Assembly: GCA_013178285.1 (NCBI GenBank)
Contig: JABLXD010000012.1
Span: 5,174 to 69,173 of the forward strand
Direction: 5' to 3'
Length of the DNA: 64,000 nucleotides
Origin: Methanofastidiosum sp.
Lineage (GTDB): Archaea > Methanobacteriota_B > Thermococci > Methanofastidiosales > Methanofastidiosaceae
Shown: in pieces, positions 17,101 to 25,362 of the stretch
Numbering within the stretch: position 1 is the first letter of the stretch
How the letters are laid out: every line of letters starts with the position of its first letter
Notes under the pieces: generated by a model
Database searches by the model: none
What the model saw: the letters and a program-made list of their open reading frames with translations, nothing else
Told to the model about the DNA's origin: nothing
Made by a program: the position numbers and the translations under genes

Positions 17101-19123
17101 TTACGGTAACAGGCTCAATTTTAGAAGTTGTTTTGTATTTTTTCCCAGCTTCATCTTCAAAAAGTAGTTGAGTTTTAAATTCAAATTCTCCCATTTCTAA
17201 AGCTTTAACTTTGTAGATTAATGTAAATGTTTCATTTTTTGCCATTTTTGGAATATTTGTTGTTGCACTGCCATCAATTAACTCGAATCCGTCAGGAATA
17301 TAATCAATTAGATTTACTTTTGTGGCAGTTATATCTCCTATATTTTTAATTCTAACTTCAACGTCAGTAGTTTCTCCTACAAAAAGTTTTTCTTTTACAA
17401 TATTTCTTGTAATTTGAAATTCTGGTTGTTTTGGTACAATTGTAACTAATGTTTTATCACTTTTTGAATAATCTTGAATTACTTCCTGTTCTTTTTCATT
17501 AAAGTATCCCATTTGGTAGGATAAATCAATTTGGATTGGTGATACCTTTAGATAGTCAGTTTTTGGAGATTTAAATTTAAATACAATCAATCTTGTTTCA
17601 TCAGGTTCCATAGATTTTATTTCAAGGCATGCTTCATTGTCTGAACCACAATAACAATTGTTACCTGTTAAAAAAGTGAAATCTTTAGCTGTTATATGTA
17701 TTTTTACATTTTTTGCAGGTATATCCCCAGTATTTTGAATTTCAGTTACATACCAAAATGTTGTATCTGATTGAGGCTTTTCAATTTCATTTTCAGTTTC
17801 AAATTCAAAATCTTCAGGCCTCATTATTGAATGTATTATTGGAGTCCAAATTACTGTACCTCCACCCATCTCATAAATTGTTAGTTGTCTAATATTTTTA
17901 CAGGTACTATCTTTTCCGATAGTAACAATATCTCCCTGGCGCAATTCACCAAGTTGAACAAATGATCCATTTGTCTCTTCAAAGTTATAGACATATTGGA
18001 TATTTCCATTTATCATGGAAACATTGAAATTGTAAGTTTTTTCATCGAACTCGACAGAGCCGGAGCTTGCATTAATATCTACATCTCCTAAAAGAACAGT
18101 TTTAATCCCTTCCTTACTTCCTCTCAAGAAAGTTCTGTTGGTATCATCTATTTCTCCCCTATATAGTGTTGTTGAATTAATTGATAGTTCGGGTTCTTTT
18201 CTTTTAGTTACTGTTATGTTGAGTTTATATCTACCAAAGTAATTGGCATTTTCGTGATCATTAATTTCATTTACTTTAATTTTAAGAATTTCATCTATGT
18301 ATAATGTATCTCCCGGAACTACCACCTGCTGGATTACCAAGGTACCCTTTCGATAAACTTCTAGAATACCTCTTTCTGGAGGCATTACAGGATGCCTTCT
18401 TTGGAGATCTTTAAGCAATATTGTATAATCTCCTACAACTGTGAGATCTCCAATCTCTATCCATCCCATGAATACGGCATCGGGATCATAATAGGGCCCC
18501 GGTAAAAGGACAAAGTCTTGAGTAATAGTTCCAGAAGGATAAGGCACGTTGACACTTATTTTTTTAGGAAGCCATCCTACTCCAGAAGCTTCAATATCGT
18601 AGAGCCCCCCAAGACCGGAAAGTGAGTAATTACCATCAGTAGACGTTATAGAAGTTGCTAAAACATTTTCCGTTCCAGGATAGTAAGCATTTACAGTTGC
18701 ACCTTCAATTGGTGTTATGCCATCGGGCTGGAAAACATGTCCCACGACACTGCCATTTGTATCTTGGAGCGTTAAATTATAATCGGGCCCACAAGATGTG
18801 ATGCATGTATCTGCCAATGTAGAATTCGAAGTATAGCCCGGAGCATATGCCCTTATTATATACTTACCATGTTCTAATGGATATATATAAAATGTACCAT
18901 TTACATCTGTTGTTGTCATCCCTTTTATGGTGGGGCAAGCATTATTATCGTTAGCATAATGGGCATCAACGATTGCACCGCTGATTCCTTGTGGAGTTGC
19001 ATTAGTATCTGTTATTCGACCAGAAATTACGCCTTGCGCCAAAACTGGAGTTGCAACAACGCTGACCATGAATATCGATAATAAAAATATATTTAGTAAG
19101 TATAAATAATTGGATTTTTGCAT
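14180..19123 (-). CDS. Giant surface protein (1647 aa): signal peptide, carboxypeptidase-regulatory-like domains, multiple DUF11/CARDB-type repeats, one TM helix, ~500-aa K/E/S/P-rich coiled-coil cytoplasmic tail
   Basis: N-terminal MQKSNYLYLLNIFLLSIFMVSVVATPVLAQG. GVISGRITDT...GAIVDAHY and GSVVGHVFQPDG...GATVNAYY (CarboxypepD_reg-like). Repeated [IV]xNTG[DN]xxAKNV...[IV]P.GF units (TITNTGDGDAKNVRIEDRIPSNL, VRNTGNKIARDVQVLDYVPEGF, IKNIGDITATKVNLIDYIPDGF). TM YIIIAIIALLLSVVGYSVY. Tail with PPPGP and a heptad-like EIESLRSEITKTLEEIEKRKENIAIAEQRIE. Confidence 0.85.
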   Translation of the reverse strand: MQKSNYLYLLNIFLLSIFMVSVVATPVLAQGVISGRITDTNATPQGISGAIVDAHYANDNNACPTIKGMTTTDVNGTFYIYPLEHGKYIIRAYAPGYTSNSTLADTCITSCGPDYNLTLQDTNGSVVGHVFQPDGITPIEGATVNAYYPGTENVLATSITSTDGNYSLSGLGGLYDIEASGVGWLPKKISVNVPYPSGTITQDFVLLPGPYYDPDAVFMGWIEIGDLTVVGDYTILLKDLQRRHPVMPPERGILEVYRKGTLVIQQVVVPGDTLYIDEILKIKVNEINDHENANYFGRYKLNITVTKRKEPELSINSTTLYRGEIDDTNRTFLRGSKEGIKTVLLGDVDINASSGSVEFDEKTYNFNVSMINGNIQYVYNFEETNGSFVQLGELRQGDIVTIGKDSTCKNIRQLTIYEMGGGTVIWTPIIHSIMRPEDFEFETENEIEKPQSDTTFWYVTEIQNTGDIPAKNVKIHITAKDFTFLTGNNCYCGSDNEACLEIKSMEPDETRLIVFKFKSPKTDYLKVSPIQIDLSYQMGYFNEKEQEVIQDYSKSDKTLVTIVPKQPEFQITRNIVKEKLFVGETTDVEVRIKNIGDITATKVNLIDYIPDGFELIDGSATTNIPKMAKNETFTLIYKVKALEMGEFEFKTQLLFEDEAGKKYKTTSKIEPVTVSKEFPRLEILKKLDRVTISRGDSVIVVLVVRNTGNKIARDVQVLDYVPEGFRLIDNPKIKRIEYTIPELKPEQEKMYNYIITASYPGEYKIGDTKLLYYDLEGHSFEHIASGTSVRVNGEPKITISNIQYFNEDYSFADYKYVDVVLTLTNTGDGLAKKISYINSISGDIELVDGELGGFVDSLKQGDSKTTKFTVRVLQENKDKIFTINTSSEFEDIAAKKAKSEASTNITVGGRTPNIQLIRQESEYESDIVRIGHIIPVTTIITNTGDGDAKNVRIEDRIPSNLQLTTGINYWGGQLKPEERVTLRYTLVPSQGGEYQIGQTASTYEDEWGVKGTKSLSPTLVTVWGPSISRTISTNEIEEGEVLKIIYNIKNWGKDDIYEVKIAEALPSEFEIISGDKEIIIEEIKGGAEVSKEIQIKATKSGSFILEDSKFYWMNAFEELKSFDIERTAISVKAKVAPQSSVPSVPQAVTQTIEDIKSSPYAPYIIIAIIALLLSVVGYSVYRSTRSKGPSTKSMIQKGGTPPPGPEIVKKKTTKSEKGFGVFSRQKEKSVKSEQQAPIAPFGTQSKSLDGGIKKEKKSFDLFSKKEKIPSKERMQPPPSPSLEIENKFKEFATREDNILTKDQIGHELLGKKVAPPAIKQKQKSKFSLFSKKKEGIPQEKKPFSLSHLYESQESKGLKNESLRKELESAGVINKELPSQKEGIKINNAKAEMKYSPQVMPIAEEDINIRPPRIEFGPPEEIRKDIEELKSTLQDQDKLASLDSFEIESLRSEITKTLEEIEKRKENIAIAEQRIESEDVSHIELMDRKELDEFQTKILNEINEIENKKHVEFEEEQLKEIKGRVVPKNIDLDLPPSVERAYKDFKQKKNNGAPENPFKEGDNGSSKKGSSWTNNFRYNNTSPEIPSSIKELLEKRPSSSNDSYVPVPDIKEVIKGKKEENIRRFSSNNSNSVPDPKEVIKGKKKDSI

Positions 19124-19284
19124 TGTTCCACCTAGTTGTGAATATCCACTACCAATTATGATTTAATAACTATATAAAGCTTTTGGTATTATTGATTAAC
19201 AATAGATATTTTTAATTTTTAGAATTAGTAAATAACTCTTGTAATAATAAAATAGAAAAATATATTTTTGAGAAGAATATTGTA

Positions 19285-19503
19285 TTATTTAGAAAGTTTT
19301 TTAATTCTGGCAAGACGTGCCCTTAATATCTCAAGTTCTTCTCTTGACAATCTCCCACCACGTAATCTTTCAAGTTCTTCTTTTTGCAGGTACACTCTAA
19401 CTCCTAAGATAACATTAATTATTATACTAATTATGGCTATAATAAAAATTATTATCCAGCTATTAATCATTACATCTACTAGTGCCATAATATCATCTCC
19501 CAA
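19285..19503 (-). CDS. Small membrane protein with C-terminal coiled-coil/Arg-Leu-rich tail (72 aa), translationally coupled to minD
   Basis: MGDDIMALVDVMINSWIIIFIIAIISIIINVILGVRVYLQKEELERLRGGRLSREELEILRARLARIKKLSK. Start overlaps the minD stop by 11 nt. The competing plus-strand ORF 19268..19507 is a low-complexity antisense. Confidence 0.35.
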   Translation of the reverse strand: MGDDIMALVDVMINSWIIIFIIAIISIIINVILGVRVYLQKEELERLRGGRLSREELEILRARLARIKKLSK

Positions 19504-20263
19504 ATAGTCCTCCCATTAATTTATTCATGGATTTGGTAGAAGAATCAAATTCTGACTTCTTTCCTGCAATTTTTTTAGCAATATCTCTAATAGCTAGTGA
19601 AGCAGGAGATTTTGGATCCAATAACACGAAAGGTTTGCCTAGTGTTGTTGATTTCTTTACTATTTGATCCTCTGGGATGTTACCAATTATCCTGAGTTCA
19701 AGTATTGCTTCTATTTCCGGACCTGAAACTTCTGTTGGATCTCCTCTAACTCTATTTACAATAACTCCAAGAATCCTTGTGCCCAATTTTTCAGCTACCA
19801 ATTTTATCTTTAATGCATCGGACAAGGAAGTAATTTCAGGATTTACTATTAAAAGCATGTTTTGTGAAGCTGCTATAGAAGTAACTGCATCTACTTCAAG
19901 TCCAGGAGGCCCATCAATTATCAACAAATCAACTTTTTCAACAAATACTTTGAATATTTGATTAATTTTATCGGGATCTGATTTTTTTAGTCTTCTTAAT
20001 GATAAACCAGCTGGAACAACTTTAACTCCTCCAGGGCCATCATATACTATATCTTCAGGTCTTGCTTTATCTTCCAATACATCCTGTATTGTTTTGGGCA
20101 ATCCCTCCATTCCAAATATTAGCTCAAGATTGGCCATAGTTATATCTGCATCAAAAATTAGAACGTTAAGCCCAACCTCAGAAAGAGCAATTCCTAAATT
20201 GGCGGCTATTGTTGTTTTACCTACTCCGCCCTTTCCTGAGGATATGACTAGTGATTCTCCCAA
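19493..20263 (-). CDS. minD: MinD/ParA-family P-loop ATPase (archaeal MinD-like)
   Basis: Deviant Walker A GKGGVGKTT, a Walker B-like hhhhD segment and a C-terminal amphipathic tail. 256 aa. Confidence 0.85.
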   Translation of the reverse strand: MGESLVISSGKGGVGKTTIAANLGIALSEVGLNVLIFDADITMANLELIFGMEGLPKTIQDVLEDKARPEDIVYDGPGGVKVVPAGLSLRRLKKSDPDKINQIFKVFVEKVDLLIIDGPPGLEVDAVTSIAASQNMLLIVNPEITSLSDALKIKLVAEKLGTRILGVIVNRVRGDPTEVSGPEIEAILELRIIGNIPEDQIVKKSTTLGKPFVLLDPKSPASLAIRDIAKKIAGKKSEFDSSTKSMNKLMGGLFGR

Positions 20264-20386
20264 TAAAACTCCTCCATTGTTTATAAAGTAAAAAGTAAAT
20301 TAATATATAAAATTATCCCTGATTATTACGAAATCTACAAAAAAGATAAGGAAAAACTTAAAACAGACTTTAATATTGAAAAATCA

Positions 20387-20884
20387 ATGATAAAAAATAA
20401 TATAATTCAAAAATATGGCGAAGAAAATTATATCAAGTTATTATTTTTTATCAAAGGGGCGTTAATATCTATATTTCTTTATGTTATAAGTGATTATACC
20501 CCCATTAGAATATTTACTGCGCAGGCTGTTAAAGAAGGGATAACTTTTTTTGATATACAAAAGCCACTAATTATATCTGGTAAATTTGTGGCCGTTGGAA
20601 ATTATGAGATATCTAAACGATGTATTGGATTGGCTTCAGGGGCTATATTTACTGCTTTATTTATTTTATCTTCTTTTAAACTAGTCAAAAAGATCATATA
20701 CTTATCACTATTCCTTATAAGTCTATTATTCCTTAATATATTAAGATTGATAATAACAATATATCTTTTCGAACAAGGTTACACCTGGCTTATTGCCCAT
20801 GACATATTAGCTTATGTTCTTGGGATTGGTTTTTCATTTCTTGTTCTAATAAGAATTAATCCTTACATACCATTATTTAGATAA
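20387..20884 (+). CDS. Minimal archaeosortase/exosortase-family protein (short form, ArtE-like) - tentative
   Basis: 165-aa polytopic membrane protein with Cys79 (SKRCIGLASG), Arg121 in an N-x-x-R context (LNILRLII) and Arg159 (LIRINP). The Cys-Arg-Arg spacing (about 41 and 38 aa) mirrors the catalytic C/R/R spacing of archaeosortase A. Confidence 0.45.
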   Translation: MIKNNIIQKYGEENYIKLLFFIKGALISIFLYVISDYTPIRIFTAQAVKEGITFFDIQKPLIISGKFVAVGNYEISKRCIGLASGAIFTALFILSSFKLVKKIIYLSLFLISLLFLNILRLIITIYLFEQGYTWLIAHDILAYVLGIGFSFLVLIRINPYIPLFR

Positions 20885-21904
20885 AGTATTTTTATAAACC
20901 TCCAAATTTGCCTTTGCACATTTTTCCCATGAAAATAGATTTGATTTGCCAATGACTTTATTCGAGATATTTTCCCTAAATTCTGGAATTTTTATTATTT
21001 TCTCTACTAACTCAATTAGTTGACTTTTATCTGGAACTGCCAGATCTAAATCGCCCAATAAATAATTAGACCCAGGGCTTTCTAAAGCTACGACAGGGAT
21101 GCCACACGCCATGGATTCCAAAATAGAAAGTCCAAATCCTTCTGTTTTTGATGTAGATACAACGCAAAGAAGTTTTTTCAAATATTTCTCAGTTTCAATT
21201 ATTTCTCCCAAGAAAAAAATATTTTGTCCTTCTGAAATTTTCTCAAGTTCCGTTCTTAGATATCCATCTCCAATAATATAAGCTGGTTCAAGAATTCCTT
21301 TTCTTCTAAGTTCTTTTACTAATTCAATAAATTCTCTAGGATTTTTTTCATTGACTAATGCTCCAATGAACCCAATACCTTTTTTTTCTGAGTTTTCTGG
21401 TAAAAATTTAGAATGCTCAACTCCGTTGGGTATGGAAAAAATTTTTCCTTTTGATAAAGTTTCAATTTTTTCTGCTAGATCTGGAGAAACGGCTATGATT
21501 GTAGGATAATTGGATAATATAAACTTGACTAACTTTCCCATTATTCCTTTTTCTAAGTATACATTAATATCGCTTCCATGAACAGTTAGAATCCTTTTCT
21601 TTCTTGTAAATATTGATAAAAAAAATCCCAATAATCCAGGAGTTGTTGCAAAATGAGAATGTATGACTTCAATTTTATTCTTTCTAATAACACTAACTCC
21701 CTTGAAAATCCCAAAGAGAACAAAAAAAAAGCCTCTAAATTTTTTAGGTAATTTAGATGAGTAGACTTTTTCTTCTAAAGAATTTGAATAAGTTAGCACA
21801 TAAACATCTTGGTCAAGTTTCTCTAATTCTTTTTTAAGTTGATATATATGGGTTGAAATGCCACCAATTTTGGGAGGATATTCTCCAATCATCAAGATAT
21901 TCAT
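20873..21904 (-). CDS. Glycosyltransferase family 4 (GT-B, 'group 1')
   Basis: 343 aa. N-terminal GGISTH, C-terminal EGFGLSILESMACGIPVVA (E-x7-E-type GT4 motif). Confidence 0.8.
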   Translation of the reverse strand: MNILMIGEYPPKIGGISTHIYQLKKELEKLDQDVYVLTYSNSLEEKVYSSKLPKKFRGFFFVLFGIFKGVSVIRKNKIEVIHSHFATTPGLLGFFLSIFTRKKRILTVHGSDINVYLEKGIMGKLVKFILSNYPTIIAVSPDLAEKIETLSKGKIFSIPNGVEHSKFLPENSEKKGIGFIGALVNEKNPREFIELVKELRRKGILEPAYIIGDGYLRTELEKISEGQNIFFLGEIIETEKYLKKLLCVVSTSKTEGFGLSILESMACGIPVVALESPGSNYLLGDLDLAVPDKSQLIELVEKIIKIPEFRENISNKVIGKSNLFSWEKCAKANLEVYKNTLSK

Positions 21905-21941
21905 GAAAAAATTTATATCTTAAACTTTTTTAAGTTATTGT

Positions 21942-22246
21942 GTGGGCGGATTATTGGCTTCCCTTCGGGGAGGAAGCTCCATCCACCCGGCCAAGATGTG
22001 GCATCAAAAGATGCTTGGGTAAATCCAAGGTAAAGGAACAGAAAAAAACGACCTTTGTCTGATGAAGATGATGTAGACAGAATATGGCAACATATTCTAA
22101 AACTACTGAGAAGACATAGGAAACGGTGGAATACCTTCCCACATGGTGCAAGACCAAACTAAAACCGATGAAACTTGGCCTGAGGTTTGTGGTAGGTCGC
22201 TTAGTTCAATGCCAATATTACAAAAGATGGGCTATAGTCCGTCCAC
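21942..22246 (+). ncRNA. rnpB: RNase P RNA candidate (structured ~305-nt GC-rich RNA; SRP RNA is the alternative)
   Basis: A GC-rich island between protein genes in an AT-rich genome. The 5' GUGGGCGGA pairs with the 3' UCCGUCCAC (9-bp terminal P1-like helix). A GNRA/UUCG-capped hairpin GGCUUCCCUUCGGGGAGGAAGCUCC (P3-like). Segments resembling bacterial/archaeal RNase P conserved regions: GAAACGGUGGAAUACC (cf. GUGAAACGGUGCGGUAAG), GGUGCAAGACCAAACUAAAACC (cf. GAGCAAGGCCAAAUAGG), ACAGAAAAAAACGACC (cf. ACAGAAxxCGGC). Followed by a T-rich tract. Embedded ORFs 21951..22157 and 22143..22388 are rejected. Confidence 0.5.
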
Positions 22247-22247
22247 T

Positions 22248-23006
22248 TTAACTTTTTATGGCTTTTATTATGTCATAAAGTTTTTCTTTTTCTTTCTCAA
22301 TTATAGTTCCAGTTACGAATATATCTGCTCCCGCCATTGCGAGCTTCTTTGCAGCTTCAGGAGATCTTATTCCCCCACCTACTATTAGCGGTATATCTAT
22401 GACTTTTTTTACAAGCCCTACCATTTCTGGTGTGACTGTATCTGGGGAACCCGATCCAGCTTCAAGATAAACTAACCTCATACCTAGGTATTGTGCTGCT
22501 AAAGAATAAGCAGCGGCAATTTGTGGTTTTTTTCTTGGAATTAGATCAGCTTCGCCCATCCAGCCTACAGTTTCTCCTGGTTCGACTACTAAGTAACCTG
22601 TTGGTATTGGTTCAATTCCTGTTTTTTTTACTAAGAAGCTGCCTAACGCTTGAGATTTAGTAATAAAATATGGATTCCTTGAATTCATATAAGACATGAA
22701 TAAAATTGCATCGGCTTTGGGAGACACTTGCGCAACACCTCCAGGAAAAATTATTACTGGAAGTTTAGTATTAGCTTTAATTGATTCTATCAAGAGATCA
22801 AGATAATTCCCTAAAGTATGAGTAGAACCACCTATCAATATTGCATCGCTCCCCGCTTCTTCAGATATTGTGGCGGCGCTCTTAGCTTCGTCTATAGAGA
22901 AGCTATCTGGATCAACTAAAGAAAAATGAAGTTTTTCCCTCTGTAATTTATCTAAAAGATATTTTTCTACTTTGCCTGTCATTTTAAGTACACCTTTACA
23001 TTCCAA
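22248..23006 (-). CDS. Geranylgeranylglyceryl phosphate synthase (GGGPS, PcrB family)
   Basis: About 245-aa TIM-barrel pattern. DAILIGGSTHT, LPVIIFPGG and GADIFVTGT fit the archaeal GGGPS/PcrB family. The true start is probably the internal MTGKVEKY (22982). Confidence 0.75.
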   Translation of the reverse strand: MECKGVLKMTGKVEKYLLDKLQREKLHFSLVDPDSFSIDEAKSAATISEEAGSDAILIGGSTHTLGNYLDLLIESIKANTKLPVIIFPGGVAQVSPKADAILFMSYMNSRNPYFITKSQALGSFLVKKTGIEPIPTGYLVVEPGETVGWMGEADLIPRKKPQIAAAYSLAAQYLGMRLVYLEAGSGSPDTVTPEMVGLVKKVIDIPLIVGGGIRSPEAAKKLAMAGADIFVTGTIIEKEKEKLYDIIKAIKS

Positions 23007-23226
23007 GTTTTACTGAGTCTTCTTTTTTAGCTCTTACGATAACAATGTCCCCGATGGCAGAAACATCTTTGAATGGGACGGCAATGTTATCTATTCCTTT
23101 TTCTTGGCCTACTGCAAGTCCAAAGACTACCCCTTCTTTTACTTCAAGAATAATATCATTAATAATGCCTATGTACTCGCCCTTTGTATTATACAATTCG
23201 AGCCCATATAATTTAGAAATCCTCAT
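22996..23226 (-). CDS. PRC-barrel domain protein (76 aa)
   Basis: Size and pattern (LYGLELYNTKGEYIGIINDIILEVKEGVVFGLAV...DIVIV) of archaeal stand-alone PRC-barrel proteins. Overlaps the GGGPS ORF start by 11 nt. Confidence 0.55.
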   Translation of the reverse strand: MRISKLYGLELYNTKGEYIGIINDIILEVKEGVVFGLAVGQEKGIDNIAVPFKDVSAIGDIVIVRAKKEDSVKLGM

Positions 23227-23357
23227 GAATATCCCTTTTATGGATTTTAATATATGAGTTTATATATTTTTCTATATATTTAATTTTAGTTATATAGAAT
23301 AATATATAGTTTAATTAAACTTTAATATAAAAAAGAATATAATAGATTATGAATCTA

Positions 23358-24275
23358 TTACATTAAAAGTGCCATTACTGCTTTTTGTGCATGATTTCTA
23401 TTTTCAGCCTGATCAAGTACTACTGAATGTGGTCCGTCGACAACTTCGTCAGTTATTTCTTCTCCCCTGTGTGCAGGTAAACAGTGCATAACTATACAGT
23501 CGTCTTGAGCTTGTGCAACTAATTTTTCGTTGACCTGATAAGGTTTGAATATCTTTACCCTGTCATCATGCTCTGTATCTTTTCCCATGCTTGCCCATAC
23601 ATCAGTATATATTACATCAGCACCATTAACGCCTTTTGGATCATTTGTTATCTCAAGCTTAAGCCCATCTTCTAATGCCAATTTCTCTATTTGTTTATCT
23701 GGCTCATATCCCTTTGGACATACAACAGTCATTTCCATCCCTACTTTTGCAGAACCAAACATTAATGAGTGACAAACATTGTTTCCATCGCCAACAAATG
23801 CTAATTTAAGTCCTTTGAATTCCTGTTTCTTCTCAAGAATTGTTTCTAAATCAGCCAAGCATTGACATGGGTGTAAAAGATCAGATAGACCATTTATAAC
23901 TGGTACAGTTGAATGTTTGCATAATTCTATAATATTATCATGTGAGAATACCCTTGCCATTATACCATCACAATAACGAGCGAGAACTGCTCCCGTATCT
24001 CCAACTGTTTCACCCCTCCCTAATTGAAGGTCAGTAGAAGATAGGTACAAAGCATGCCCCCCCAATTGTTTCATTCCTACTTCAAAAGAAACCCTTGTTC
24101 TTGTGGATGGTTTTTGGAATATCATTGCTAAGGTTTTGCCATATAATAATTCGTGCTTTTCTCCAGTTTTCTGTCTAATTTTTAATGTTTCAGCAGTTTT
24201 CAAAATTTGCCATATCTCCTCTTTCGTAAGATCATGCAAAGAAGCAAGATGCTTGCCTTTCATATTAACTACCAT
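23358..24275 (-). CDS. argF: Ornithine carbamoyltransferase
   Basis: STRTRVSFE (carbamoyl-phosphate binding), HCLPAHRGEE (ornithine-binding HCLP) and DVWASMG. 305 aa. Confidence 0.85.
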   Translation of the reverse strand: MVVNMKGKHLASLHDLTKEEIWQILKTAETLKIRQKTGEKHELLYGKTLAMIFQKPSTRTRVSFEVGMKQLGGHALYLSSTDLQLGRGETVGDTGAVLARYCDGIMARVFSHDNIIELCKHSTVPVINGLSDLLHPCQCLADLETILEKKQEFKGLKLAFVGDGNNVCHSLMFGSAKVGMEMTVVCPKGYEPDKQIEKLALEDGLKLEITNDPKGVNGADVIYTDVWASMGKDTEHDDRVKIFKPYQVNEKLVAQAQDDCIVMHCLPAHRGEEITDEVVDGPHSVVLDQAENRNHAQKAVMALLM

Positions 24276-24366
24276 TAAGTATCACCGAATGAAGAAAATA
24301 AAAATGCCTTTTAAATCTGATGACCTTGGTGTAACAAATTCAACATTCAATGTTTTAAACTAAACA

Positions 24367-24831
24367 TTATTCAAGTGTCCTAAGGTAGGATCCTCTGTCA
24401 ATTATATTACTAAGCATTTTTCCATCAAATTTTCCAAGTCCAATTACTTCATTCCTTATATTGGAGACTATAACATATCCTTTTTTGGGAGAATTTATCA
24501 TATTTTTTATAAAGACGTCACGCCCATATAAAAATAAAGAAGTTCCTTTTTCATTCAGTTTTGATTTTTTTGTAGATATCCCCATTATTAAATAGCTTTC
24601 CAAACCTAATAAGAAATTACCTTTTGAAAATTTTCCAATTTGAGTTCCAAGTGACACCAGATTTTCATTTATTTTTTCATTATGAACTTTTTCTAAAATA
24701 AGTTTATTATAAAGAAATACTTCATCTCCAATTATTGATAATAGAGTATTTTCTGGTAATTCAAATGTTCCCCCATACATTTCTATTGTCTTTTTAATGG
24801 TGTCTAATTTTTTTCCATCTGCAATTTTCAT
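24367..24831 (-). CDS. PUA-domain protein, NIP7/UPF0113-like (ribosome biogenesis) - tentative
   Basis: 154 aa. C-terminal KGYVIVSNIRNEVIGLGKFDG resembles the PUA beta-barrel. Overall size matches archaeal Nip7 homologs. Confidence 0.4.
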   Translation of the reverse strand: MKIADGKKLDTIKKTIEMYGGTFELPENTLLSIIGDEVFLYNKLILEKVHNEKINENLVSLGTQIGKFSKGNFLLGLESYLIMGISTKKSKLNEKGTSLFLYGRDVFIKNMINSPKKGYVIVSNIRNEVIGLGKFDGKMLSNIIDRGSYLRTLE

Positions 24832-24838
24832 AGTATCC

Positions 24839-25294
24839 CTATAAATTTAAAGTGTAAGCCATTTCAATCTTAATCTTCTGGCATAATTCCAATATTTTCT
24901 CAATATCAAATGGTTCCCCTTCATCCCCAATTCCGGGACAGGAAACATCTACATATATGTAAACTTTTTCGCCATTATTTAAAATATGTGGTGTGTCTGA
25001 TTCTGATATGGGATTATAGAAAACTCCCAATGGAAAAAGTCTACAAATCAGAGGCTTATACTCATGTATTGTACAACTTGTATCATCCAAAAATACACAG
25101 CCATTATCCCAAATTCTTTTTTCAATGACGAATTTATTTCTTGTGATATCATATAAAGCAAACTCCTTATCAGTATTCTTTTCAATTCTTTCTATATCAA
25201 ATAAGGTAAGTGGAACTCCCCTAACTCTGCAACATTCTCCACATTGTCTACATTTATATTTTTGTCCCGTATATAGTACTAATACCTCTTTCAT
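24839..25294 (-). CDS. YkgJ/UPF0153 family Fe-S/zinc-binding protein (CxxCxxCC)
   Basis: N-terminal CRQCGECC plus downstream Cys residues (CVFLDDTSCTIHEYKPLICRLFP) typical of the family. 151 aa. Confidence 0.6.
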   Translation of the reverse strand: MKEVLVLYTGQKYKCRQCGECCRVRGVPLTLFDIERIEKNTDKEFALYDITRNKFVIEKRIWDNGCVFLDDTSCTIHEYKPLICRLFPLGVFYNPISESDTPHILNNGEKVYIYVDVSCPGIGDEGEPFDIEKILELCQKIKIEMAYTLNL

Positions 25295-25362
25295 TATAAC
25301 CCCTTCATTTCCTATGGAGATTTAAAAAATTATATATAGAGTGCTAATTAAAATAAATTAAT

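Noticed and set aside
19268-19507. 79-aa plus-strand ORF overlapping the minD-coupled mini-gene
   Set aside because: Ser/Leu/Ile low-complexity sequence antisense to an ORF that is translationally coupled to minD. The antisense is the less plausible of the pair.
21942-22246. Alternative assignment of the structured RNA as SRP (7S) RNA
   Set aside because: I could not find the helix-8 GGAAGCAGC / GNAR-AGCAG signature. The motif resemblance is better to RNase P CR-II/CR-III-like stretches. Kept as the alternative in the feature call.
21951-22388. ORFs 21951..22157 (-) and 22143..22388 (+)
   Set aside because: They cross the GC-rich structured-RNA candidate and the start of the GGGPS gene. Explained by the RNA gene.
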